Source: Armatimonadota bacterium
GTDB taxonomy: Bacteria; Armatimonadota; JADLDR01
Length of the DNA stretch: 64,000 nucleotides
Reading direction: 5' to 3'
Assembly (NCBI GenBank): GCA_020846535.1
Contig: JADLDR010000140.1
Location: forward strand, 14,253-78,252
Of the stretch, positions 54,780-64,000 are shown in pieces (positions within the stretch are counted from its first letter, which is position 1; each line of letters starts with the position of its first letter). A model generated the notes under the pieces. The model was given only the letters and a program-made list of their open reading frames with translations. It did not search any database and was not told the DNA's origin. A program made the translations under genes and the position numbers.

Positions 54780-57700
54780 TCAGGCCGCCTCGGCGTCAGA
54801 CCTTTCGGCTGCCAGCATCTCCATCGCTTCCCGGACAGGCTCGATTTCTCGTTCCAGAAGTTCGAGCGCCTCGAACCCACCGGCCATATCCCCGGTTGAT
54901 CCCATCTGCTCCAGGGTCAGAGCGGCTTGTTGCGCGCTTTCGGCTCCCAGGCAGCCCAGGGAGCCTTTCAAGTTATGAGCGGCGGCGTTCAGGGAGGGAG
55001 CGTCGCCGCGGTTGAGGCTGTCCCGGACGGCGGTTATCTGCCCCGGACTGTCCGCCAGAAAGATGGCGGCGACCTCCTGCAAGAATGCCCGGTCTCCTTC
55101 CAGATTGCGAAGCGCCAGCCCGATATCGAACCGCGGTGACGACTCGATGGAAACCTGCCCCTCCGCACCTGCCGCTGCGGCTCCGGGGCCCGCCCAGCGT
55201 TCCAGCGCGGCTTTCAATGCCTGAACCTGGATGGGCTTGGAAAGGTAATCGTCCATTCCCGCTTCCAGGCATCTTTCCCGGTCGCCGGTCATGGCGTGGG
55301 CGGTCATGGCGACGATGGGAATATGGTTTCTAGCACCCGCCTCCCTCTGGCGGATGCGGCGGGCGGCTTCCAGGCCGTTCATGACGGGCATCTGGATATC
55401 CATCAGCACCAGATGGAAGACGCCTTCATTGAGCAGCCGGAGGGCTTCCTGGCCGTTTTCGGCCACCGCCACAGAGTGCCCCTCTTTTTCCAGGATGTGG
55501 AGAGCCACCTTCTGGTTCACAGGGTTATCCTCGGCCAGGAGGATGCGGAGCGTTTGCCTGCGGCCATCCGGAAGGCTTTCCGGGAGAAACCGAGCGACCA
55601 GGGGCGGAGCTTCGCCGATGGCTCGAAGAAGAGCGTTCAGAAGGTCGGACTGCTTGACCGGCTTGGTCAGGCAACCGCGGGCACCGAGATCCTTCAATTT
55701 CGGGCAGTCATCATGGCCCCCGACCGAGGTGAGCATCACCATGCGGGCGCTGGCCCATTCCCTGCGTTCGGCGATGGTGGAGGCCAGTTGCAGGCCGTTC
55801 ATATCGGGCATCTGCATATCCAGGAGAACCAGGTCGAACAGACGACGCTTCAGGCAGGACGCCTGAATCATTTCCAGGGCTTCCGAGCCGCTTTCGGCCT
55901 CGGAGGAGGCGATGCCCCATGCGGAGAGCATTTCTTTGACCATCAGCCGGTTCGTGCGATTGTCGTCCACCACAAGGGCGGTCATGCCTTTCAGCAGGCG
56001 ACCGGTCTCCGGGGGGAAAGCGGGATACTCTCCGGCAGCCGGGCCAAAGCGGGCCGTGAAGTGGAAAACGCTGCCCCTCCCTTCCTGGCTTTTTGCCCAG
56101 ATGCGGCCACCCATCGCCTCCACAAGTCGTTTGGAGATCGCCAATCCCAGCCCGGTTCCGCCGAAGCGGCGGGTGGTGGAACTGTCCGCCTGGGTGAAGC
56201 TCTCGAAGATGGCCTGCATTTTGTCTTCGGGAATGCCGATGCCGGTATCGGCGACGGTAAAGTGAATGACCGCCCCGGTGCGGTCTCGGGACGCGCATTC
56301 CGCCCGCAGGACGGCCTCTCCTTTTTCCGTGAATTTGATGGCGTTGCCTACGAGATTGGTGACAATCTGGCGAAGCCGGGCCGCATCCCCGTTCAGGAGA
56401 GACGGGATATCGGGCTTGACCAGGCAGGCCAGTTCCAGGCCCTTTTCATGGGCGCGGACAGCGAGGCTATCGACCGCCGATTCCAGGGCGGCGCGGAGGT
56501 CGAAATCGGCGGACTCGATCTCCAGCTTCCCCGCTTCGATTTTGGAGAAGTCCAGGGTATCGTTGATGATGGAGAGAAGGTGCTGGGCCGATGACTGAAT
56601 GATGTCCAGGTATTCCCTCTGCTCCTCGCTGATCGGGGTGTCGGCCAGGAGATCGGCCACCCCGAGGATCCCGTTCATGGGGGTGCGGATCTCGTGGCTC
56701 ATGTTGGCGAGGAATTCGGACTTCGCCTTGTTGGCGGTCTCGGCGGCGAGGGCGAGCCGGTTAGCGTTGCGTGCCGACTCCTCCAGGCTGGCGTTGGCGA
56801 CCGCCAGACGCTCTTCCATGCGCTTCCGCTGGAGAATATTGCCCAGAAGCGAGCCGTAGACCGCCACCAGCTCCTGCTGGATGTCGTTCACCGGCCTGCC
56901 GCTGAGAGCCGTATCGTTGAAGAAGATGCCGACCGTCCCGGCATAGGAGTGAATCGGCGTGGCGGCCACCCAGCCATCGCAGATATAAACATTGCCTTCC
57001 GACTCGCTGTCGAACAGAGAGGTGTTTTCGAAGACGAACCACCGGGCGTGGCCGGGCATCGGCCTGCCGAAGTGATCCTGCCAATTGTCCCGGGGAGCGC
57101 GTACCTCACCGATTGCCTGTATTTTGCCGAAGCGGTTGACGCCGTACGTGCCGACGATGTCTCTGCCCATCTCATCTTCGATAAACAGGCCGCAACGTTC
57201 CAGTTCCAGGCGGTCCCGGCCTAGCTCGACAGCGCGGCGGCAGAGAGAATCGAGATCCGGGCAGGCCATCAGATCATCGGCGGTTTCCAGCACCTTGCGT
57301 AAGCCTTCTATCATCGCCTGCTGGCGCGCTTCAGCCCGATAGCGTTCCGTGACGTCCCGGATGCTGAAGACACGTGCTACCGTCCGGCCTCCGGCGCGCT
57401 GGGGCTTGGAGTAGCGTTCAAAGATGCGCCCGTCCTTGAGCCTTACGGTATCGTAGCTTTCCGCCTCCGGGTCGTTATAGAGGCTTTCGATTTTCTCGAC
57501 AAACGCCTTCGGGTCGCTCAGGCGGTCCAGGATCAGGGCCATCGCCCGCCGGTCGCTGCCGTTTTTGAGGACGGTTTCGGGAAGCTGCCACAGGTCCTTG
57601 AATTTGCGGTTGAAGCTGACGATTTGCCGGTCATTATCGACCACCAGGATGCCGTCCGCTGTGGATTCCAGTGTGGCGCTGGTCATGGAAACAGATTGCT

Positions 57701-59519
57701 TGATCTCCTGATCCGTTTGCTTGCGCTGGAGGGCGTTGACCAGGATGTCGCCCACGGTGCGAAGGAGATCGATATCCTCCTGAAGCCATTCTTTTTCGGA
57801 ACGGAAGGCGCTGAAATTCAGGAAGCCGATCAGGGAACCGGCGCTGACGAGCGGGATCCCGGCCAGGGACAGCACGCCATCGCACTGGAGCATCGTTCTC
57901 TCCCGGCCGGCTTCCGGCGGCAGGTCGGCCACCCGGGAGACCGCCACAGGCTCCTGACGCCCCATCATTTCCATCCACCAGGGAACCGAGTCGCAGGGGA
58001 TGCCTTGCCGCCTGTCCAGGCGCATCGCGATACCTTCCGCTGCCCACTCATGAGACGCGCCAAATGATTTACCGTCCGGAGAGAGGAGGAGCATCACGCA
58101 CCGATCTACCTCCATGCTCTCCCCGATGGACTGCAAAGCGTTCCGGATGCCCCGGTCGATCTCCTCGGCGGGCAGGTTCACGAAATCGGCGGAAATGTGG
58201 GTGACCAGCCTTTCCAGATTCACCCGGTGCCGGAGTACTTCGTTGGCGCGTTTGAGGCCGGAAATATCGTGGACGACCACGCAAAACATCTGCCGTCCGT
58301 TATACAGGAGGGTATCGGCCTTGACCTCCACATCGAGCAGAGATCCGTCTCTGCAGACCAGGCAGCTTTCGTCGCTAAATGGGCGATCCTGAGACAGCAG
58401 ATATTCGCGGGCTTGATCGGCCCAGCTTCCGTCTCTCCCCACCAGGTCATAGACGTTCAAAGCCGCAATTTCCTGGTCGGAATAGCCAAGGAGATTGCGG
58501 AATGCCGCATTGGATTCGGCGATTGCGCCTGTAGCGGGATCGATCAGAACGATTCCTTCGGAGGTCTGTTCCACCACCGTGCGGTATCGCTGCTCGCTTT
58601 CACGCTCGTAGCGGAGAAGCACGGTCCGGTACAGCAAATAGAGGATGGCGGCTCCGAAACCCAGCCCGATCAGCCGGAGATAGCCCAGAAAACGCTCGAT
58701 GCTGCTGCGCCCGTCCTGGTAAAGAGACCGGGCAGCCTCCGCTTTCAGGGCAAGGGCCGGTTCGCCGAAAACGTCGGTCAGCACGGCATAGCCCGCCATG
58801 GTGCGCTCGTTCTCAGGTTTAACAAAAACAGGCTCCGCTTTTGAGAAGGCATTCCGGGCAAGGGCGATATCGTCCGGCAGGCCCGGAGCATCCAGGCGGA
58901 AGAGGCAGAGCTTTAGGCGCGCTCTGCCGGACAGAGCGACCATCATGGAGGCGTCCAGGAAGCGGCCCATGATGAGAGTGCCGCGAACGGGGCCTTTCTT
59001 CTCGCTGGTAAGGATAGGCCGGGCAGCGATGAGCATCGGGTTGTCGGGTAGGAGAAGATAACCCGCGTGGCCCCCGGCAATGCTCTTATGCTGGAGGAGG
59101 GGGCTGCCGGGCTGCAAATACCCTTTCATACCCTCCGGCAGAGGCGTTTTCTTCCCGCGTTCTAGATCGAAGCCGCAGGCGTATACCACCCGGCCCGAAG
59201 CGTTCGCATAGGCGATCAGATTGATCCTGGTGCCCGCAAGCCCTCCTTCGGTCGGAACGGTTTGCAGGTAACGCCGGTTTCTGTTACGGATAAAGGCATA
59301 GGAGTCGTCCCATCCCGCCCAATCGCCGGCCAGCAGGTATAGCTTTTGGGTTTCACCGGCCAGCAGGTCCAGCACTCGTTCCATGTCCTGGCGGGTGTTC
59401 TGCCGTTCCATCTCCGCAAAGCCGCCCAGAAAGATGACGTGCGCTGTTGTGGTGACAATGTAGTTGAGAGCGAGAAGAACGCCCACAAAGATGCAAATAA
59501 TGGACTTGTATGAAATCAT
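54780..59519 (-). CDS. Hybrid sensor histidine kinase: CHASE4-like periplasmic domain, PAS/GAF array, HisKA-HATPase, two receiver domains, HPt
   Basis: Sensor motif is [11 protein letters not shown] between two TM helices. H-box [13 protein letters not shown], HATPase G-boxes, REC domains ([21 protein letters not shown] and [22 protein letters not shown]), and a C-terminal HPt ([10 protein letters not shown]). Confidence 0.9.
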   Translation of the reverse strand: MISYKSIICIFVGVLLALNYIVTTTAHVIFLGGFAEMERQNTRQDMERVLDLLAGETQKLYLLAGDWAGWDDSYAFIRNRNRRYLQTVPTEGGLAGTRINLIAYANASGRVVYACGFDLERGKKTPLPEGMKGYLQPGSPLLQHKSIAGGHAGYLLLPDNPMLIAARPILTSEKKGPVRGTLIMGRFLDASMMVALSGRARLKLCLFRLDAPGLPDDIALARNAFSKAEPVFVKPENERTMAGYAVLTDVFGEPALALKAEAARSLYQDGRSSIERFLGYLRLIGLGFGAAILYLLYRTVLLRYERESEQRYRTVVEQTSEGIVLIDPATGAIAESNAAFRNLLGYSDQEIAALNVYDLVGRDGSWADQAREYLLSQDRPFSDESCLVCRDGSLLDVEVKADTLLYNGRQMFCVVVHDISGLKRANEVLRHRVNLERLVTHISADFVNLPAEEIDRGIRNALQSIGESMEVDRCVMLLLSPDGKSFGASHEWAAEGIAMRLDRRQGIPCDSVPWWMEMMGRQEPVAVSRVADLPPEAGRERTMLQCDGVLSLAGIPLVSAGSLIGFLNFSAFRSEKEWLQEDIDLLRTVGDILVNALQRKQTDQEIKQSVSMTSATLESTADGILVVDNDRQIVSFNRKFKDLWQLPETVLKNGSDRRAMALILDRLSDPKAFVEKIESLYNDPEAESYDTVRLKDGRIFERYSKPQRAGGRTVARVFSIRDVTERYRAEARQQAMIEGLRKVLETADDLMACPDLDSLCRRAVELGRDRLELERCGLFIEDEMGRDIVGTYGVNRFGKIQAIGEVRAPRDNWQDHFGRPMPGHARWFVFENTSLFDSESEGNVYICDGWVAATPIHSYAGTVGIFFNDTALSGRPVNDIQQELVAVYGSLLGNILQRKRMEERLAVANASLEESARNANRLALAAETANKAKSEFLANMSHEIRTPMNGILGVADLLADTPISEEQREYLDIIQSSAQHLLSIINDTLDFSKIEAGKLEIESADFDLRAALESAVDSLAVRAHEKGLELACLVKPDIPSLLNGDAARLRQIVTNLVGNAIKFTEKGEAVLRAECASRDRTGAVIHFTVADTGIGIPEDKMQAIFESFTQADSSTTRRFGGTGLGLAISKRLVEAMGGRIWAKSQEGRGSVFHFTARFGPAAGEYPAFPPETGRLLKGMTALVVDDNRTNRLMVKEMLSAWGIASSEAESGSEALEMIQASCLKRRLFDLVLLDMQMPDMNGLQLASTIAERREWASARMVMLTSVGGHDDCPKLKDLGARGCLTKPVKQSDLLNALLRAIGEAPPLVARFLPESLPDGRRQTLRILLAEDNPVNQKVALHILEKEGHSVAVAENGQEALRLLNEGVFHLVLMDIQMPVMNGLEAARRIRQREAGARNHIPIVAMTAHAMTGDRERCLEAGMDDYLSKPIQVQALKAALERWAGPGAAAAGAEGQVSIESSPRFDIGLALRNLEGDRAFLQEVAAIFLADSPGQITAVRDSLNRGDAPSLNAAAHNLKGSLGCLGAESAQQAALTLEQMGSTGDMAGGFEALELLEREIEPVREAMEMLAAERSDAEAA

Positions 59520-59635
59520 GGAATAAAACGCCTTGGATTATACGGCCAATCTATCTGTATGAGGGGCAGGCTATCGAACGGTCTCCCGGTAGGCAGGGCG
59601 CACACGCCGGTACGTCCTTACCCAGACCAAGTCCT

Positions 59636-59764
59636 GTCGATGCAGCCTGCGAGGGCAGAGCCCGAAGCCATCTCCAGAGGAACACTTACGCACAGAGCCT
59701 TCTGGGGGGCTTTGTGGCGTTGGAGATGGCCGCAAAGCTAAAGCTCCTCGCAGACTGCGTCGAC
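59636..59764. repeat. Palindromic intergenic element family, complete copy (GTCGAC-ended subtype)
   Basis: GTCGATGCAGCCTGCGAGGGCAGAGCCCGAAGCCATCTCCAGAGG, a roughly 39-nt spacer (AACACTTACGCACAGAGCCTTCTGG..), then TTGGAGATGGCCGCAAAGCTAAAGCTCCTCGCAGACTGCGTCGAC. Confidence 0.85.
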
Positions 59765-59796
59765 TATACTGCTGCTTATTTATATTACATGGTTTA

Positions 59797-62088
59797 TCAG
59801 GCAGCCAGGCGGTCTTCCATTTCATTTTCGAAAGGCTCGATAGGGAAGGCGCTCAGAAGGATCTGAAGCTCTTCGGCCATCTGTTCTACGGACCGGGTGC
59901 TTTTGGCGATCTCTCCGACCTGGTGGTTGATATCATCCGCGGTGGCGGCGATCTCCTGCATGGCCGCGCTGCTCTCCTGGCTGATTCCGGCGATCTCCCC
60001 GACGGTCCGGGTCACTTCTCCGGAGGAGGCGGCCATCTCTTCGGTGGCGGCGGTGTTCTCCTCCACCACGGCGGAAACCGACTCCATGGCGGCCATCATT
60101 TCATTGGATGCCAGACTCATCTCCTCCGTGGAGGCGGCGATATCGGCCACCTGGCGGTGGACAGCTTCGGTAGCCCGCAGGATATGGGTCAGGGCTTCGC
60201 CGGACGCCTGGGCGCGGGAGGTGCCCGCCTCGACCGCTTCCGCGCCTTTCTGCATGGCGCTGACCGCCTCTGATGCGGCCTCCCGGATGCCTTCCAGAAG
60301 GGCGGTGATATCGCCCGTGGCCGAGGCGGACTTTTCCGCCAGCTTCCGCACCTCGGCGGCCACCACCGCAAAGCCCCTGCCGTGTTCACCTGCCCTTGCC
60401 GCTTCGATGGCGGCATTGAGGGCCAAAAGATTGGTCTGCCGGGCGATATTGTCTATCGTTTCGGTGATAGCCCCGATCTGGCCGGAGCGGCTTTCCATCT
60501 CCCGCACTCGCCGGGCCAGGGCATCCACCTGTGCCCGGATGACGCCGATGCCTGCCAGGGTATCCTCGACAGTCTGCGCCCCGGAGCGGGCGACCCGGAT
60601 GGCCTCATCGGCTCCCCCGGTCCCCGACTGCGCGTTCCCGGACACCTCCCCGATCAGCCTGGCCATCCGGACAGTCATCTGCGCGGACCGGCTGACTGCC
60701 ATCGCTTGCTCCTGAGCGCCCTTCGCCACGCTCTCGATGGTCTGAGATATCTCTTCAATGGTAGAGGCGGTGCGGCTGACCGATTCGCTCTGCCTAGTCG
60801 TTCCTTCCGACACCTGACGGATGGCGGTCGTGATCTGATAAGTGGCCCCTCCGGTGGTTCCCGCGGAGGCCGACAGAAGCGCGGCGGCAGCCCGCAGCTT
60901 TTCCACCACCTCATTGATCCGGTGAACCATCAGGCGGCGGCTGGAAACCATCCGGGCGAAGGCAAGACCCAGCACATCGGCCTCGGAGCGGGGCGTGACG
61001 CGAATGGTCAGGTCCCCCCCGGCCAGCCGGTCGGCGGCCCCGGCCATCGCCTGGAAATACTCGACCGTGTGGCCGAAGGCCCGCGCCAGGGAGCCGATCT
61101 CGTCGCGGCTCTCCATGCCGGAAACCTGAACGCCCACGTCGCCCTGTGCCACCCTGTCGGCAATGTCGGTCAACCCTACCAGCCTGGAAAGAACCAGTTT
61201 GTTCATCAGAAAGCGGATGACCGCGCCGAAGGCCAGTCCCAGCCCCACAAGCGACCACAACAGGTAACCCATGCTCGACTGCCCCTGCCGGAAGATATCC
61301 CGCGGCAGATCGATTTCGAGTGCCAGAGCCGGTTCTCCGTAAATATCATCGATAAGAGTGAATCCGGCGATGGTTTTTTGATCCACAGGCTGGACGGCCT
61401 CCGGCGTCTTCGGCGATAGACTCTTGCTGACGACCCGGATTTCCGGGGAAAGAGCCGGACCGTCCAATCGGTGCAACTTGAGGCTCAGGTGGGTCGTTTC
61501 CTCCAGGCGCTTGAGAGCCGCCGCATCCAGGAAGCGGCCTGCTATCAGAACACCGTGGATGGGGCCTTTTCCCATGCTGGTCACAATGGGCAGGGATGTG
61601 ACCAGCATGGGGCCTGCCTCAAGCATCAGGAGGCCGGTCATGCCGCTTGCCTCGTTTTGATGCCGGAGCAGCGGGCTGTTCGGCGTCAGGTGTTTGGCGA
61701 TACCCTCCGGAACAGGCCCGACCTTTTCCGCAACGGAGTCGAATCCGGTTCCGTAGACGATACGGCCTGCTCGCCATAAAAGGAAGAGGTTGACATTTAA
61801 CGCCTGAATTCCCGTCTCGGTCAGGTTGGAATTCATATATTCTTTGTTATGATCCACTACGAACCTGTAGGTATCGTCCCACATGGCCCAATCGGTGAAC
61901 TTTTGCTTCAAGGTGGCCAGGTCGGCATTGAGGGCGTCTCTGGCCCGCCCGACATTCTGCCGCGCATCCCTTTCTTCAAGCTGGGCAAACCGGCCCATGA
62001 GAATATAATGCAAAGTCAGATAGAGAATGGCGATCAAACAAACCTGCGTGACGCCGATCATCAACAGCGTCTTCATGCGGAGATTCAT
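59797..62088 (-). CDS. Methyl-accepting chemotaxis protein with a CHASE4-like sensor domain
   Basis: Sensor motif [11 protein letters not shown] is paralogous to the neighbouring kinase sensor. HAMP region follows ([13 protein letters not shown]). The conserved MCP hairpin is [39 protein letters not shown]. Confidence 0.9.
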   Translation of the reverse strand: MNLRMKTLLMIGVTQVCLIAILYLTLHYILMGRFAQLEERDARQNVGRARDALNADLATLKQKFTDWAMWDDTYRFVVDHNKEYMNSNLTETGIQALNVNLFLLWRAGRIVYGTGFDSVAEKVGPVPEGIAKHLTPNSPLLRHQNEASGMTGLLMLEAGPMLVTSLPIVTSMGKGPIHGVLIAGRFLDAAALKRLEETTHLSLKLHRLDGPALSPEIRVVSKSLSPKTPEAVQPVDQKTIAGFTLIDDIYGEPALALEIDLPRDIFRQGQSSMGYLLWSLVGLGLAFGAVIRFLMNKLVLSRLVGLTDIADRVAQGDVGVQVSGMESRDEIGSLARAFGHTVEYFQAMAGAADRLAGGDLTIRVTPRSEADVLGLAFARMVSSRRLMVHRINEVVEKLRAAAALLSASAGTTGGATYQITTAIRQVSEGTTRQSESVSRTASTIEEISQTIESVAKGAQEQAMAVSRSAQMTVRMARLIGEVSGNAQSGTGGADEAIRVARSGAQTVEDTLAGIGVIRAQVDALARRVREMESRSGQIGAITETIDNIARQTNLLALNAAIEAARAGEHGRGFAVVAAEVRKLAEKSASATGDITALLEGIREAASEAVSAMQKGAEAVEAGTSRAQASGEALTHILRATEAVHRQVADIAASTEEMSLASNEMMAAMESVSAVVEENTAATEEMAASSGEVTRTVGEIAGISQESSAAMQEIAATADDINHQVGEIAKSTRSVEQMAEELQILLSAFPIEPFENEMEDRLAA

Positions 62089-62201
62089 TTTATAAGACCC
62101 CTCTGTTATTGCAGGCTACCCAGGTATTCTTAAGAGAAAGCCCTATGATATTATCGGTAATCCGTTTATTTTATGCAGGGACGAGGAGACAGGTTTTTAT
62201 A

Positions 62202-62280
62202 AGAGCTTTCGCTCGGCAGTAGGATAGTCGGCGCAGTCTGCGAGGGCGAAGCCCGAAGCCATCTTCAGGGAAACACTTGG
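62202..62280. repeat. Palindromic intergenic element family, left half
   Basis: AGAGCTTTCGCTCGG..GTCGGCGCAGTCTGCGAGGGCGAAGCCCGAAGCCATCTTCAGGGAAACACTT. The right arm is missing. Confidence 0.7.
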
Positions 62281-62487
62281 TCGAGAGAAAGAAACAGCCT
62301 CCCCTTTTCAGGCATGGGCATAGGAATCCCAGGAGACATCGCGGATAGATCCGGGATCTGGAGTCGCTTTGGGCTCCAGACGCGAGGAGGTGACGGAAGC
62401 CCCATGCTCTTGAGCGCGATACATCAGTGCCAGTACTCCGAGTGTCAACAAGACGGCGAGCCTCCGCGGAAAGCCTTGCATCGGCCA

Positions 62488-62717
62488 ATGAACCTGTGGC
62501 TCTCCCGGTTGGAGGAGCAACAACGCCGCTGGTCTGGGGCGCTGGAGTCGAATCGGATGGGAGAAGGGGGAGATGCGCTCCTCTCCCAGATAACGGGTTT
62601 AGACGAAAAGACGATTCGCCAAGGCCGAAAGGAGTTGGCGGCAGCGATGACAGAGCGACCGACGGAAGGGGGGGCTTGCCAGGGGGCGGGCGGCCTGGGG
62701 TGAAAAAAAAGTGCCAC
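62488..62717 (+). mobile_element. ISAzo13-family transposase, N-terminal fragment only
   Basis: MNLWLSRLEEQQRRWSGALESNRMGEGGDALLSQITGLDEKTIRQGRKELAAAM.. matches my recollection of the ISAzo13 N-terminus (LDERARRLWAAAESRAIGYGGDALVSAATGL..TIRKGR.E). After a G7 run, a shifted frame reads LPGGGRPGVKKK. The remaining roughly 350 aa are absent. Confidence 0.65.
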
Positions 62718-64000
62718 TCATTTGTCTTTTCCAACCTGCCGCTTCTTTTTCCTCTCCAAAAGCCTGCTCGCTGTAGCTTTCGGAGAAGTCTCCGGCGGCG
62801 CTTTTTCCTCCGGCTTCTGCGGCCTGGGCTTGGGCGGCTCCGGAGAGGCGACGATCACGGTCGGATCTTCCGGCGCGTTGTCGGCGCGGGCCTGGCGCTT
62901 GCGGCGCAGCAGCCTGCCCGTAGCGCCGGTCTCGCCTTCGGAGGCGGTTTGCCGGGCGCGGCGCAAGCGGAGCTTGCCGAGAATGCGATGCCGGGCGGCC
63001 CCCAGCGTTTCCGCGGCGGCCTCCCAGTCCATCGCTACGCGGCGCACCGCCGCATCGAAGGGGAAGAGGAGAAAGGCCAGCAGCAACAGGTAGGGCCAGA
63101 CATCCAGGCGCGATTGAACGCTCTTTCGCGGCCCCCCGAAAATGCCTTCCGCTCCGGCAGAAGGCTGCCCCCCGCTCGCTTCGGCGATGCGCTCCAGCAG
63201 GGGGCGATTTTCCCGGAGCGCCCTATACTCTTCCGGGTAGGGGATGGCGACGCCCCCGATCTGGGCGCTGACTCTGCCGCCCGGCCCCTTATGGCTGACG
63301 GTGACCAGATAGCTGCCCGGGTCCCGCGCCTCGAACTCGCCGCCGTAGCGGCCAGGGCCTTGCTGTTCCAGGGGGAGGCTCAGGCTCTGCCCTTGCGGGG
63401 CGGTCACCCGGGCGCGGACATCGAGAAAGTTGAGAAACCGGCCCTGCGCGTCCAGGGCGTCCACCGTCACCTGCGCTTTGCCGCGCGCGATCTCGATGGT
63501 GGTTTGCAGGGTTGTTGCCGAGGACTGGCGGAGGCTCCAGCGCACGGTCTGCGCCCAGAACCGGGAGAAGGCAGGCCAGGCGAGCCAGTGGGCGGCCCAC
63601 CGGGGGCGGGCGTCGGAGGTGAAGGCGAAGCTCTTGCCCAGGCCGTAGCGCCAGGCTGCCAGGATGGGGTCGTCCTTGTGAGAGGTGAGGGCTGTTTCTG
63701 CCAGGGGCTTGGCCGTGGTCGCCACATAGCCCAGCAGGGGCGGCATGGTGTCCAGGGGCAGGCCCTTCAGCATCGGACTTTCGGAGTTGACCCTGGGCTG
63801 GAACGGCTCCTCCACGATCTGCGAGCGGGAGGCGAGGAGCGCCTCTTTGGTGAAGATGCGGGGGAGCTGGGCCGGGTTGTCGGTGTAATAGAAGCGCCCT
63901 CCGCAGAGCCGGGCGATCTCCCTCAGAAAAGGCGCGTCGGTATCGGTTCCGACGCCGACGGTGGAGGCCGTGACGCCCGCCTTCCGGAGCGTCCGGACGG
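62718..64000 (-). CDS. VWA-domain (BatA/BatB-like) membrane protein, 5' end outside the window
   Basis: The frame stays open to the right edge: ..VGVGTDTDAPFLREIARLCGGRFYYTDNPAQLPRIFTKEALL... The 'M' at 63815 in the track is an internal GTG. There is a C-terminal TM helix VWPYLLLLAFLLFPF and a Lys/Pro-rich tail. Confidence 0.7.
   Translation of the reverse strand, partial: VRTLRKAGVTASTVGVGTDTDAPFLREIARLCGGRFYYTDNPAQLPRIFTKEALLASRSQIVEEPFQPRVNSESPMLKGLPLDTMPPLLGYVATTAKPLAETALTSHKDDPILAAWRYGLGKSFAFTSDARPRWAAHWLAWPAFSRFWAQTVRWSLRQSSATTLQTTIEIARGKAQVTVDALDAQGRFLNFLDVRARVTAPQGQSLSLPLEQQGPGRYGGEFEARDPGSYLVTVSHKGPGGRVSAQIGGVAIPYPEEYRALRENRPLLERIAEASGGQPSAGAEGIFGGPRKSVQSRLDVWPYLLLLAFLLFPFDAAVRRVAMDWEAAAETLGAARHRILGKLRLRRARQTASEGETGATGRLLRRKRQARADNAPEDPTVIVASPEPPKPRPQKPEEKAPPETSPKATASRLLERKKKRQVGKDK

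Noticed and set aside
54335-54880. 181-aa minus-strand ORF downstream of the histidine kinase, with a possible 117-aa version from a TTG with GGAGG upstream
   Set aside because: It overlaps both the kinase 3' end and the methyltransferase 3' end. Only one hydrophobic stretch looks protein-like and the rest is low-complexity. At most it is a remnant, and the evidence is insufficient.
6998-62280. Treating the recurrent roughly 35-nt arms as a CRISPR array
   Set aside because: Copies are scattered kilobases apart in separate intergenic regions. They occur as inverted rather than direct repeats, have no regular spacers, and no cas genes are present.
62171-62734. 187-aa minus-strand ORF across the IS fragment
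   Set aside because: It is antisense to the recognisable ISAzo13 N-terminal frame, is Pro/Ser/Arg-rich, and has no ribosome-binding site or motif.

Overview
High-GC (by eye above 60%) bacterial chromosomal segment with about 45 coding genes. No searches were run, so all homology calls come from motif recognition and memory.

Most genes encode exported glycoside-hydrolase-like proteins (two GH2, one clan GH-A, one GH29-like, an SGNH esterase) or small-molecule hydrolases and oxygenases (two CN-hydrolases, creatininase, amidohydrolase, two PhyH dioxygenases, three URO-D-like proteins). A DUF1559 'H-X9-DG' pseudopilin, Tat/lipoprotein leaders and strong GGAGG ribosome-binding sites suggest a saccharolytic PVC- or Armatimonadota-like organism; that taxon is inference only.

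Secure landmarks:
- mutS2
- nrfHA (pentaheme nitrite reductase plus tetraheme NrfH)
- rpsT with a near-consensus promoter
- a 1579-aa CHASE4 hybrid histidine kinase next to a CHASE4 chemoreceptor
- a Fic-domain protein

Most unusual content:
1. A roughly 3.5-kb AT-rich island (40.9-44.4 kb). It carries a HindIII-family restriction endonuclease convergent with, and overlapping, a DUF1156 Zn-ribbon DNA methyltransferase rather than a classical M.HindIII-type partner.
2. A family of nested-palindrome intergenic elements (about 70-145 nt) at 11 or more sites. These repeatedly corrupt ORF ends in the supplied track.
3. A striking density of decayed genes:
   - a glycyl-radical enzyme with in-frame TAG and TGA
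   - a multiply frameshifted beta-helix/DUF1559 chimera
   - internally deleted HAD and GH genes
   - an IS fragment
   - a Fic protein with a mutated catalytic motif

I could not recognise any rRNA, tRNA or CRISPR array.
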